A DNA stretch of 64,000 nucleotides from Podarcis vaucheri. Taxonomy: Eukaryota. The first letter of the stretch is position 1; every line of letters begins with the position of its first letter. Positions 25,366 to 38,007 of this stretch are shown here, in pieces. Position numbers and translations under genes: made by a program. The stretch lies in NCBI GenBank assembly GCA_965113315.1, contig OZ220376.1, one strand, 5' to 3'. The notes beneath the pieces are model-generated. The model was not told the origin of the DNA and did not search any database. It was given only the letters and a program-made list of their open reading frames with translations.

Positions 25366-26204
25366 CTTCTAGCTTGCAATGAATTACATTTGAAATATTT
25401 TTCTATACATGTCAAAGTTTAAATTCATAACATTCCTGGAAAAACATCAACAACATTCTTAGGCAACCTTTATGGTGCAGACCATCATTATACCCCTGAA
25501 ATAATTAGCTGAGTTGTAAATTAATGCAGACAGAGACACATAAGAATTGCTAAACAATTCTTAATTAGAAAATGTCTGAATTGTGAAAGCTAAACTGATC
25601 ATTTAACAACAGGGTTAATTAGGACTACTTGCATGGTTCAATACTTCTTTTTAAGTAGGTAATCTGATTACAACAGTAAACAAAAGATGCAGACTTTGCG
25701 AACTATATGCAGTTAATTATTTTAATCCTAGAAAAATCACACCGTTAATTAAAGCCTCTTCAGAGTAAGACCCTCCTCTCAGGAAGGGAGGGAGTTTATG
25801 GGAAGGAAGGGAGTTGATGGGAGTCAGATGAGGATGGGGTGTGGTTCCAACAGCTCCACTCAAAAACTCCTAGGTTGGAAGAGCCGCTAGAACAATGTCT
25901 GTGTACCTGCTCAGTTCCTGTCTTCAGATCTCCTGTCTATGTTGTACCTGCCCATGGACTGCTCTATCCTTGCCTCTTGCCTGACCCTTTGTTGTGCACT
26001 CCATTTGCTTGGATTGGTGATGGATACTGCTTTGGTTGCTGCTGGCAAGCTCCCCGTTTACTTAGAAGCCCAATGGTAACAGGATATATGAGCCAAGCTG
26101 GCAATTAAGTTCTTTCTCTCAATTTCCCCATTTTCAGATGGATGTCTACTGGGGGAAAAGAGAGAGAGAGAATACTTGCGGAATATCACCACCCCCTTAT
26201 TCAG

Positions 26205-26512
26205 CCTGGACACTGACGTCCAGCTATGAGGGGCTTCCAGTGATTCCCTCATTGTGAGAAGTGAAGTTGCAGGGAACCTGGCAGAGAGCCTTCTCAGTAG
26301 TTGTGCCTATCCTGTGGAACACCCAACCATCAGATGTTAAAGAATTAAACAATGAAATGACTTTTCGTAGAAAGCTGCCCTGTTTCAGGGTGTGTGTGGG
26401 GGGGAGTTTGATGTTTCAATATGTCCCTTTATATTTTGTTGGAAGTTTCCCAGAGTGTCTGGGGTAACTCAAGTCAAATGGCTGGGATATTATTATTATT
26501 ATTATTATTAGT
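26205..26512 (+). mobile_element. L2 LINE 3' end with (TAT)n tail
   Basis: Peptide QRAFSVVVPILWNTQPSDVK resembles the L2 C-terminal RAFS...P.LWN.LP motif; followed by 3' UTR and TAT/TAG repeats. Confidence 0.75.
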
Positions 26513-27598
26513 AGTAGTAGTAGTAGGAGTAGTGTGGTGCCACACCATCTTTCGAAGTGATGAAGCTTGCTTAACACTTTCTCTCTCATTATTTTAGTAT
26601 TTATTTATAGCCTTCCACATCTACTGTATGTCTCAAGGCTGTGTCCAGGTGGTTTTAGGGTGGCATGACTGGTACTTGCACTGGTCACTGCACTGTAGGA
26701 GGCACCAAATGCTGTAGAACAGAGCATGAGAGGTGTGTATTTGAGTGTGTGAGTGCACCAAATTCTAGCCTTACTCAGGGCGCTGAAGTTTGATAGCTCC
26801 AAGTCTGTCACTGGCAGTGTACAAGATATAATGGAGCAACAAAACAAAAACAAAAAAAAGAAAGAAAAAAGAAAAGAAAAGTCAAAAACATTTTTTTAAA
26901 AAGATGAATTTAAAAACTACAGAAAATAGATACCCATGGCAGAAACTTAGGCACCTGATCCACCAATGATGATAAAATTAACGTCAATACTTTTTATCAC
27001 TATTGTCACTATTATTATTTTTTCTCCTTTTAGCTTTTATTCTGTATAGTTGGTTTGATCAGTGCTGATGTTTTATTTTGGCAATGTTTATTTCTGGATT
27101 GCATTCTTGTAGTGGAGATGTGGGATAGATTTCTATTAAAATAAAGATTCCGGTACCCCTTACTTGCCCAAAATCCCCGTGAACGAGCTACCATAGAATT
27201 GCAACGTAAAGCTGTTTTGCTTACATGCGCCTTAGGAGTGTTTTTTTATATTGCAAAATTACATTTTAGAAGCTCTTCTGCTGTTAAATGTGTCAATTTT
27301 CAATTGGGGGGAAAAGTCAATTGCCTGTCCAAGGAAATGCAAGCATGCCTTAGTGCTGACGGAGACATTTCTTGGGTGTCCTCCTAGAGTCACTGGGCTT
27401 TGCCTCATGCCTCGGTACACACCCGCAAACTTGCACTCCTCAGCACTACCCCAAGGTTGTTATCTCTTGCTGCTTAATTATGGCAATGCCAATGACTGCT
27501 ATAAAACATAATTATTATTCTCTGTGACCCCTTTTAAAAAAACGAGGCCTCATGTAAGATGAAACTTCTGGTTTTCTTAATGTAACTTCTCTTTGCAG

Positions 27599-27746
27599 AC
27601 ATGGGGAATTTCCAGGATGAGGACCAGAGGAAAACAGTGTCTGAAGGGCAAGCCACAATCCTAAACTTTCCACACATCACAAGCTACCCCAGACCACAAG
27701 TGACTTGGTTTAGAGATGGGCACAAGATTATACCAAGCAGCAGAAT
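27599..27746 (+). CDS. SDK1: Sidekick-1 internal coding exon (exon 4 equivalent), Ig-like domain 2
   Basis: cttctctttgcag acceptor; GTAAGT donor at 27747. Translates (Y)MGNFQDEDQRKTVSEGQATILNFPHITSYPRPQVTWFRDGHKIIPSSR(I). 148 nt, in frame with the previous exon. No further SDK1 exon was recognised up to 64000, consistent with a very long downstream intron. Confidence 0.96.
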
Positions 27747-28581
27747 GTAAGTTAAAGTAAATTATTGTTTGAAATATGACTAATTGCACTTGATAATGCT
27801 GCTTACACGTTAAGCACCCTAATTAAGGTCTGGAGATAATAAAGCAAGCTAATGCATCTGTATAGTGGAGATATGTGGGTGTTTTAGGACTGGGTTTAAA
27901 ACCCTTCAGCAGAATAATTTGTGTGATAATAATATTTTGGCCTACTCCTGTAGCAGCCTGATCCTTGCTCTTTCTAACCATTGTCTTGGCATGCTTTTAG
28001 GAAAGCACACAATTATCCGACTAGCAATGATTTCCGGTATTTACCTATAAAATGGGGTTTTGCATACTGTGCTGCTGTGCTTGATACTCTTTTCTTTGAC
28101 AATGAAATGGCAATTAGTTTTTGTTTTCTTTTATACTCTTTTACCCTGCAATGACAGTGTTTTTTTCCTCTTTGGTCTAATTAGCACTTCACCCATTCAT
28201 AGTGAAACAGTTGTACTCTGATTACCTAAGCATTGTCTCTAGGTGTACCAGTGTTCTCAATTTTGACACATCTAAAATGCCAATCTGATTTTAACTTGAG
28301 CTTTACCCTTCCTGTTAATTAGGGTATTTAAAAACATATTTTAGTCCTCCAGCATTTCCCTTATGTAATTTAGTTAGCAATTAATGGATCATCAAGGCTT
28401 TTTGTATGTAGTGGATCAGCAATGTCAGAAGAGCAATGTACTTACATCCAGCTGTCCAAGGAATGTTATAGGAGGATTGTGTGTGTAATAGTTGACTGTA
28501 CCTCCTTGTCTCTTGCCGTTAAACCCTCTATGACCGCCCCCCTCCTTATCTCTCCACTCTTATATCATGATATGTCTCTGG

Positions 28582-28878
28582 CAGGGCCGGATTTAGGTTT
28601 GATGAGGCCCTAAGCTACTGAAGGTAATGGGGCCCTTTATATGTCCAGCTGTCCTTTGTCAACAACAAATTGTTGCTGTTTTTTGTGTTGAATATATTCT
28701 ATATGGTAATTTATGGACCTAATAGGTATCTAAAGCCATTTGCACATAACAAAATATGTATTTTACCAAAGTAATTGTTGAACTGAAATACAACTTAGAA
28801 GATGTATATTTGGGGGGGGGGGGAGAGAGTGGGGCCCTAAGCTGTAGCTTGTTTAGTTTATACATTAATCCAGCACTG
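28582..28878. mobile_element. hAT-superfamily MITE
   Basis: TIRs CAGGGCCGGATT / AATCCAGCACTG; perfect 8-bp TSD GTCTCTGG at 28574-28581 and 28879-28886; repeated GGCCC(C)TAAGCT subterminal motif. Confidence 0.9.
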
Positions 28879-31760
28879 GTCTCTGGCCATTAGCTTCGCC
28901 CCTCAGAAGTTTCCTGGCTCCTCCCTAAAAATTGTCATTCATTTCATTAGTTATATGTTGCTTCTCAGGGATGTTCCTTCCCTGAGGTACCTCACAACTT
29001 ATTAAAACAAAGCATAAGATAACACAAATATAAAGCTATAATGTAAAACACAGCTAATCTAAAACAGTATTGGAAGAGAATAATAGACTTAAGCTGGCTG
29101 GCTTTCTTTTAAAAATCTGTAGGGTTCTCCTAAAAAGCAGCAGAGAGGAGGCCATATGCAAAGAGGTTGCAGAAGTGATGGGGTCATGACAGGAAAGGCT
29201 CTGTCTCTGGTACTTACCAGCCTAACAATTTTTGCTGAAGGACCAGAGAGCAGGGCCTCAGAAGCCAAGAGTAAGGCTCTGGCAGGTTGATATGAGTGCA
29301 GGTGGCCCTGCAGATGGCCTCAAAAGACTCCTCCTCCTGCTGCCCTATAATCTGTGGAAATGCCTCCTGGAACACCTGCAGGATACTATGTCTCTTGCTT
29401 CAAATCCCTCCCCCAAACCTACTTTTTATTTGAAGCCTTTGGCACAACCCCATCTATACTGTAACATAACTCCTTGTTACTGAAGCTACTGCATGTTGTT
29501 TCCCTGTTCACCTCTGCCTCTCCTCCATCTTTTGATGGCCCTGTATCAAATTTTAGACACTGAGTTTCTTGGGACAGGGATCTGCCCTCTTGTTCTCTGT
29601 AAAAGTACCATGGACACTAATGACAATTTATTATTAAAAATACTTTTAATCAGGGAGAACATTCTATCTTGTTAATTTTGTAATGCTTTTACCCTTTCCT
29701 TGTTAAACACAATGAATATTTGGTTACCTTTAATTGTATATTAATAAATGTTATGCCATTGAATATATGGGGGCAGCTTTGTAAGAACAAAAGACTAAAT
29801 ATCAAGGCAGTGGAATTCAGGATGGGGTTACTAGGGGTTCCGTTGCTTCAGAAATATAAATGTAGAATTAAAATGTATCAAAATATAGACACCACTCACT
29901 TAATTTACATTTTAATATCTATTTTTGTTATTTTCCAGGCTTGTATATACCAATGCTCAGATAGTAAGGATGTAGCCTTACTATCACTGATAAGTTTGTA
30001 AAGTAGAAACTATATATTCTGATGTTTAACATTAACATACTAGTTTCCTTTTTATTTTTTAAATAATCTGTCGAGAGAGATCTCATTATAGTTCCTGACA
30101 CATTATCTCATCATTCTTCTTTTGGATATATTTTTGCAAACTTTGTTCATTCCTCCTTATTCTTCCTAATGGTTACTATTGACACCTTAAGATGGTTTCT
30201 GTTCCTACTAGAGACACCCTGAACTTGTAATAAGTAGAGAAAATAGTCCAATTTCTTATTCTTCTTTGTGGGTCATTAAGTGGGTCATTAAGTTAAGAAC
30301 TGTCAGTTATTTAGGCTAGGATAGAAAACCATTATGATTCAGTGAAGAGATGAGTTTTCACCTTCCTTCCCTCATCAAAAGTCAAGAGAGAGATCCTGCA
30401 TATATGAAACTGCAGTGACTGAAGAAGGGAGTTTTCTTCAAGGGGGAAGAAAAGCCCCTGGGCAATTTATTTCAGATACTAAGGATTGTAAATTAAATAG
30501 TTTCATAACTCAAAAATGAATAATCATTTTTTTAAAAAAAAAAACCGTTCAACAATGTATTGATTCAGCTGGCAATTTTTTTTTAGCTGTGTTTGGCAAG
30601 GATTGTTTTTGCTAGCAGTTCATTGCACATTAAATACAATGTGTAAAACACATGCTCACACAGACCACACTATTCATTGTTACCTTGTCCTTGGCTACAT
30701 TTCTGGCTGGTTCTTCAAGAGATGAGTCATGCTGTATACTCCAAGATGCTCCATTTTCACTTTGGTTGTGGCTAGGGTAGCCTCTTTAATGCTCTACAGA
30801 AATAACATTAAAAACAGTTCAAAAGTGGGATCTTAAAACTGTAAGGTCACATTCTACCATCTGAAGGTGAGACTTTACTTTCTGAAGGCTACATTTTCTC
30901 TATCCCAGTAATGCTACCAAATTTAGCTTCTGTTGTAATGTGTGTGTTTTTTTACTAGTAAATCACTTAAACTCAGAAGAAATGCAATGTTTTTCTTTAC
31001 TCTTGTCCTATACCTAACAATCTGCATCTTTTGCTTAAGGCTAGAAGCTGGTTCAGTAAAGATGAGATTTTACATTTTCAGAAATGGGATCATCCATTGT
31101 GTGTTCCTTTCTTCCATTTAAATAAGTGAAAGTTTCTTCTGGGTAAACATGAATAGGTCTTACTTGCAATTGTATTTTTATTATTGTTTAATATGAAGGA
31201 ATGGTTATTGAAGTTATTGGAGGCAATGTTTATGTGTTTGATTAGAGAAAAACCATTGTTAATTGTTTTGGACTTTTTGTAGGAAAAGGAAAGGGAAAGA
31301 ATTTGAGAGATTTGGGTCTGAAGATTGAGAAAATATTGCCCAACAGAAAGTAGAATAGTTGGATGTTATCCTAGAGTGAATATTTTGAATAATTTCTTTT
31401 ATGTAACTGACAGTCGGAAAACTAGAAGTCCTTTTAATCTTTTCTTTTCTTCTTTCATTCTTTTCTTTCTTCTTCTTTTATTTTTCCTTTGGTGTCCTCT
31501 GCTCTGAGCCATTACTGGGGTCCAATGATTACACTCACACATGGAGGTAATGGATGGATGGAAGGACCCTGAGTGGGAGGAAGGGAAGGAAGACCTCTCA
31601 GGGTGAGAGATTGGGAGAAGGGAAAGCTCCCAGGTGAAAGCTGGGAGGGCTCACCACTTTCTGTGTGAGACAAGGGTTAAGAAATACCTTTAAGAGAGGA
31701 CTCTGTGTTTTCTTTCTCTGTTTTTGTTTTTATTTAGTTTCTTTTATCTTGTATTTTCAT

Positions 31761-32055
31761 GAATCATAGAATCATAGAGTTGGAAGAGACCACAAGGGCC
31801 ATCGAGTCCAACCCCCTGCCAAGCAGGAAACACCATCAGAGCACTCCTGACATATGGTTGTCAAGCCTCTGCTTAAAGACCTCCAAAGTAGGAGACTCCA
31901 CCACACTCCTTGGCAGCAAATTCCACTGTCGAACAGCTCTTACTGTCAGGAAGTTCTTCCTAATGTTTAGGTGGAATCTTCTTTCTTGTAGTTTGGATCC
32001 ATTGCTCCGTGTCCGCTTCTCCGGAGCAGCAGAAAACAACCTTTCTCCCTCCTCT
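31761..32055 (-). mobile_element. Young CR1 LINE 3' fragment
   Basis: Minus peptide [66 protein letters not shown]; possible 5-bp TSD ATGAA (31759-31763, 32056-32060). Confidence 0.93.
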
Positions 32056-32074
32056 ATGAAAAGGGTTTAACAAA

Positions 32075-33389
32075 TAATTGTTAGATTTGGAGGGATTCAA
32101 CAACAGATTTGGGTGGCACGAGTACCTATGGTATGATAAGAAGAAAATCCATAAAGGTTTTGAAAGCCACATCTTTAGAGGTCCCCTGAATGATGTGTGG
32201 GAAAGGCATAAATGCCTATTAGAACCTAAAGTACCACACTGGCTATCCCCATTAGAAGCTATGAGTGTTAAGAAGATTAATATGAGAGGCAATTGGATTA
32301 CCTATGATCAATTGATATTCAAAGAAGGGGGAAAATGGAAAATGAAACCTTATGAACAGGTTAAAGAAAATGTATTTGATTGGCTACATTATTTCCAAAT
32401 AAATGAAATGTTCAGGAAAGACACTAAGGCCAAAGGCTATGCCGACAAGGACTCTAAATTTCAGATTGAAATAATAAATAATGACTATAAAATTCTATCC
32501 AAAATGTATAACTTGCTGCTAGAATGGAATTTGATAGATGAGAAAGTTAAGTCGGTCATGATACATTGGGCCAGGGACATTGGACTTAATATACAATTTG
32601 AAGATTGGGAAAAACTATGGAAAAAAACCTAAAATTTATGGCATGTATGACGTTAAAGGAGAACACAATGAAGATGTTTTATAGATGGTATATAACACCC
32701 GCAAAATTGGCAAAAATGTATAAAATCTGTAATAAATGCTGGAAATGCAGGGACAAAGAGGGTTCTTTCTACCATATGTGGTGGGAATGCAAGAAAGTAA
32801 AAGGCTTCTGGGAAAGTGTATATAATGAAATGAAGAAAATCTTAAGGTATACATTTGGAAAAACCCCCCGAAGCCTTTCTGTTAGGAATATTAGGAAGGG
32901 AGATAAAGAGTAAGGATTGCAAACTGTTTCAATATGCAGCGACTGCAGCAAGAGTTCTGCTGGCCCAAAATTGGAAACAACAGAAAATACCGACAGTGGA
33001 AGAATGGAGAATGAAACTGTTAGACTACGCTGAGTTGGATAAATTGACTGGGAAAATTAGATATTTAAGAGACCAAAGGTTCATTGAGGACTGGGGAAAA
33101 TTTGTGGAATATCTGGAAAGTATAAGTGAGGGACAGATAACGCTAGTGGGGTTTAAAAGAGCACTGTGAAAAACGTAGGAGTATTGTCTAAAGAGAAATG
33201 GAATGCAAGGATATAAATAATGTCAATATAAATTATGAAATGCGTATTGTAAAAAATGACTACGGATGATTTGTGGAGAAGCTGAAGGAAGTCCAAAAAA
33301 AGAAAGTAATCTGTGAAAACAGGAAGTAGAATTTTATGTATGTTTCGTTTTGTTGTAAATTAATAAAAATTATGTATAAAAGAAAGAAA
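32075..33389 (+). mobile_element. 5'-truncated L1/Tx1-clade LINE (ORF2 C-terminal region, 3' UTR, A-rich tail)
   Basis: Three overlapping ORFs (32078-32632, ~32630-32860, 32855-33169) joined by two frameshifts; CCHC knuckle CWKCRDKEGSFYHMWWEC; AATAAA at 33362; 17-bp TSD GAAAAGGGTTTAACAAA at 32058-32074 and 33390-33406. Confidence 0.92.
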
Positions 33390-33659
33390 GAAAAGGGTTT
33401 AACAAAAATCTTATGAAGAAAAAAGAAAAGAAAAGAAAAGTTCCAATGTATTTTAACAGCCCTAGGGTGTTTTGACCGTTAGCATTTCACATCTAACCTT
33501 ATGCAGTTAAACAACTTTATTGCTTCATGGAGAAAGATGCTTTGCTGATTGGTGTTCCTTGATCAAACAATCAACTGAGTCAGCTTCATTAACTCTGAAC
33601 TCCCAAAATTCGGGATCTGCCCTGTCCAATACACCCTGTCCAATACCCTTAAAAGCATT

Positions 33660-33978
33660 CAAGAAAAGGAGGAGGGTGACCAAGATGATTAAGAGTCTGG
33701 AAATCAAGCCTTGAGGAACAGTTGAGGGAGTTGCGTATGTTTAGCCTGGAAAAGAAGAGACTGCCAGGAAATATGATGACATCTTCAAATATCTAAAGGA
33801 CTGTCACAAGGACTTTGGAGGAAGCTTGTTTTCTCCTGCTCTGAAGGATAGAACCAGAACCAATGGATTCAAGGTACAAGAAAGGAGATTCTGACTGAAC
33901 AATCAGAAAGAACTTTCTGAACAGTGAGAACTGTTCAACAGTGGAATGATCCCTCCCAACTCTGCAATTCTATGGTTC
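33660..33978 (+). mobile_element. Older CR1 3' fragment
   Basis: RRVTKMIKSLEIKP, tttagcctggaaaagaagagact, aatggattcaaggtacaagaaaggagattc, ending in an attctatgg tail. Confidence 0.85.
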
Positions 33979-35691
33979 AGTGAAAGATCAGTTATTCTGG
34001 GAAGCAAAAGCCTCCATGCAGTATTTAGCCAGGTTCCTCTAGCAGCGAAAGAAGGAATATTCTCAAGAGAGAGCGCACACATTATTGTGGTTTTGAGGGA
34101 TGGAATGAGGAGGACAAGTTTAGCTCTGTCCCATATCATCTACCAACTGTGGCAAGTTTCTCACATTGCCTAATTATGGAGTCAGCATAGTTGTACTCCA
34201 TGGGAAAAGAGGTTACTTGTTCATTGAGACATCCTGATCTTTTATATTGGTGGTGCATAGCAAACTTGAGCAAACTGGCTTGCAGCTCCCGGGCAATTTG
34301 GCTGAAGAGTGGATATTCCACATTAATTCTTTCCTGTTAAGGCTGTTCTCCAGGCTCCTGTTAGTTAACATTGAACTTTTGATTGTGAACTTGCCTTAGC
34401 ACAGCTTATCAGTAGCATTTGATAAATACCTGTCTTAGCAAAGCTTATCTTTGAGTTCTCCTGTTGTGTATTTCTACAAATATCAAAATATTGTTTTGAC
34501 TTTTTCTAAATTGTGGAAATCTAGATACCTTCATTGTCATAGTGCACTGTAAAGTGATAGATATTAGGCTGCTTCTGAACTAATTTATTGGCTTTTGCAT
34601 TAAACTGCTTTGGATTATTTTTTATTAATTATGCTGCCCAGTGCTTTGGTAGTCATTTCTCATATTTATTAAATAGTTCTTTAATGCATGCTGTGCTTGA
34701 AATGCTTCATCTAAAGGCTCCCTTGTGCTTGCTGGATCACTGCTCTGAAGATCGGAAGTGAAGTTATATCTTTTTAAGACTTTATCTAGAAGGTGTCTAT
34801 AGAGAAGTAGAATGCATGATTTGCTCCCTTCTTAAATCCATCCACAGTAAATATTCTGCACTGCTTTCATCCATTTGGTACTTGCTGATTTCCTTGAGGA
34901 TTTTCTGATACACCAGCTGTTGTGGACGCCACCCCTGCTCAACTGTGATAGGATGATTTACCATTCTTGTGCCAGGAATGTAGTAATCCAATTTACTAAT
35001 TTTGATCTCTTCATTACATGTTATCATTTTAAGCTCTTTAAGTTGTTTCAGCATCTTTTGGGTTTGCTTATATGTTTCACTCCTTATATTTATAGACAGA
35101 AAAAACTCACTAGGTGGTTGCTTTTTTATTTGAGTCGTGCTGATATTTAAATTAATTTACAGTCTTCAGTATCTGAAAGAAAGTGCCTGGTTATTAGTTT
35201 TTTTCTTCAAGAAAATCTGCCTTCTAGTAGTTAATGGAATTATTTTTGGTATAGAACAAGTTCAGTTCAAGTTATTGTTTGATAATCAGTAGCATTTGAG
35301 ATGTATAACTTACTTTATGACTAGTTTGCTAAGGCAACCAGAAGAACGATTAGTAAAGCATTTTTATCAGATAAGATCTTTTATATAACTGAACAGATGG
35401 CCAAGTTTTTCCTAATTACCTTGCACAGAAAAGGGCAACTGACCATATTAACAAAACTGGAGAAACTGTATTTTAACTCTGCATTTTAACCTGAATGGGT
35501 CTTATGACTGTAATAAAGTTATGGATTGCCGGGCAAAAATTATCAGCAAATGTAGCTCATCAAAAGTGACAGAGATATTTCATTCTCCTTGGCTTCTTTG
35601 CAAGAACAAGGAAGTCATCAGAATCACCTCATTTGTATTTCTTCTTCAGCTGCATGATGGGTGTCCAAAGGCTGCCCCGTGCTGTCTGGCA

Positions 35692-35941
35692 TAGGTAAAG
35701 GTAAAGGAACCCCTGAGTGTTAGGTCCAGTCGTGGATGACTCTGGGGTTGCAGCGCTCATCTCGCTTTACTGGCCAAGGGAGCCGGCGTACAACGTCCAG
35801 GTCATGTGGCCAGCATGACTAAGCCACTTCTTGCAAACCAGAGCAGTGCACGGAAATGCCATTTACATTCCCGCCAGAGCGGTGCCTATTTAGCTACTTG
35901 CATTTTGACATGCTTTCGAACTGCTAGGTTGGCAGGAGCTC
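35692..35941 (-). mobile_element. Sauria SINE, 5'-truncated
   Basis: aggtaaaggtaaagg tail; body collinear with 2526-2770. Confidence 0.9.
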
Positions 35942-37895
35942 CTCAAGGGCACACTTAGTGTTTCTGTCTGTGCAAAGTCAAGACATGTGCAGCAGGGCTT
36001 CCTCTGGCTGTCTCACCCTCAAAATCTTTGAGGAATTCTCCCACTCCCAGTGCTAGTCATTCACAAGAGTGGCCCAAGCAGTTTCAGTCTTAAAAATCAG
36101 GCTAGTAGCCAGATTTCTGCAGGGTTGAAATTATGTTTAATTTTACATAAATTGCTATATTTTCGTTGTATTGTATTCAGATTGCTATAAAGAACAAGCA
36201 TGTAGCCAATATTTTTCCATAGGTAGCTGATGTTTTTTGACCCAAGGTTGTGGTAGGCTACCTTGTGGCTGGGTCTTATGTTTGGATCACAAGTTGAATC
36301 ACAAGACAACGATGAAAGGACCTTCAACCTGAGTGTCTTTGCTAATGTTTATATATGCAATCAAGCTGCTTGCATTATACAGACATACAAAGAATTGCAT
36401 GTAGCAGTTGGTCTTTGGGTGTTGCAGTAGAAGAAAGAGGGAGAAACAATATTTTTATTCTTTTTTAGCTAGAAAGCTACATTTTAGTAAAAGATGTTTA
36501 AAGGCTCACACTGGGACTAGTGTAAAAAGTTTATAAGACTGAAACAATGTATCTTTTGCCATTTGTAACATTTTAAACCAGGTTTTCTTAGGAAAGGAAC
36601 TTATTTCTTGTGTTAAAGAAGATTTCTTCCTGTGCAAAGGTCACATCAGAGATCTTCCTCTGGTGCAATATATAATATGCAGATCCCATCAATTGTCAAG
36701 CTGATTTGCCACATGATCAAGAAGGTTTTCCAAAAATGATAAATGAAGACTAGCCTTCTGTTATTTCTCAGCAGAATCTTAAGGCCTCACTTAAGAAGGA
36801 ATGGGCTGAATCCTTTTGGGCAAGGGACCCACTGAGCACCAAAATCAATGGGTTGGCCAGTCTCTAGCAGGTAGATCTTATTAGTCAGGAAGGGTAAAAA
36901 TTAAATATACATGTGGTCAGCTGGGCCTCTCCAAGCTACTTGTCCACACACTTTGAAAAGCACATGACCCTGTAGCCATCCTATGCATGTGTAAAATAAA
37001 GTAATATTGTAATTAATTTAGAATTGCATAAAACAATATTGCCTGTTTGTGCATTTATCATAGTTGACTGAACACCTATCTCAAAAGCTCTCTGCCTTTT
37101 GGCACTTTACCAGAAATACCAAGACCTATGCAGTGCAGATTCACATGCGTCTCTATGTTTCAACAACAGTATATCAGTGCGTGCTTCTTTTGTAAGTGGC
37201 TATTTATATTTTTGTGGCTTTTCATAAGCTGCCCTGAGCATCAAATGATAAGGCAGTGTATGGATGCCTAACATAAAACTACAGATTTATGGTAGGTGTA
37301 CATTTGAAGCCATGCTTTCTCTGCAGTAGCAAATCTGCAAGGAGACTAGCTGCTCATGCAAAATCCAATACAACCTTGATTTGAAAGAGCAAATTATCTT
37401 AATTTTATCTTGTCTCATAAAGAGATTAGTATATAATTTTTCCCTTGGGAAATTGTATGTATGTACTAGTGTCAATCTGAGGAAACAAACACTGCAGGTG
37501 CTTATCATGGTAGACAGGAATACATGTTTTAGAAAGTGCCAGGCTTCTACTTAACTATAGGTTGTTTCCATCAAAGTGCATTCCTTTCTCTTCCAGCCAA
37601 GAACAGGGAGTGTCTTATACCTCTTACACGTGCCATCCTCTTATGGTGTCCTATAATTCCTGCAATACACAGATGAAACACCTCAAACTTTCAGATTCTC
37701 TTGTCGTGTTAAGCTTGCTTGTGCAATAATATCAGCAGCCTGTCACATGCAGGTGGCTAGATCTTCTCAGGTGAATTATAGGTATTATTGTGTGTTTAAA
37801 TGCTAGAACTACCATGCAGCTCTATCACTGAAGGCTCAAGCAGCTTCAGTTTCTTCAAAACAAGACAGTCCCTGCCCCCAGGCTTACAATCTAAA

Positions 37896-38007
37896 GAATT
37901 AAAAAATTCCTTCCAGTAGCACCTTAAAGACCAACTAAGTTAGTTCTTGGTATGAGCTTTCATGTGCATGCACACTTCTTCAGATACCAACACGGCTACC
38001 TATCTGT
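37896..38007 (-). mobile_element. Short Penelope-like insertion: inverted pLTR joined to a plus-strand tail
   Basis: Reverse complement of the 24392-24480 pLTR, then caacacggctacctatctg; 8-bp TSD AATCTAAA at 37888-37895 and 38008-38015. Confidence 0.85.
37950..37987 (-). ncRNA. Minimal type-I hammerhead ribozyme motif
   Basis: Minus strand reads GTAT CTGAAGA A GTGTG CATG CACAT GAAA GCTC ATAC: intact core, perfect 4-bp stem I, one G:U in stem II. Confidence 0.68.

Noticed and set aside
9998-27746. Assignment to SDK2 or another IgSF gene
   Set aside because: Diagnostic residues ([46 protein letters not shown]) fit SDK1; only WLHN resembles SDK2.
5368-31850. Recurrent peptide [21 protein letters not shown] as a repeated protein domain
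   Set aside because: It is the antisense translation of the CR1 3' UTR in three copies.
32078-33169. ORFs of 184, 102 and 104 aa as a nested host gene or retrogene
   Set aside because: The CCHC knuckle, polyA signal, TSD and a second diverged copy identify them as LINE ORF2.
34797-35054. 85-aa minus-strand ORF with LINE-like composition
   Set aside because: No diagnostic motif; possibly an old L1 fragment, but not supportable.
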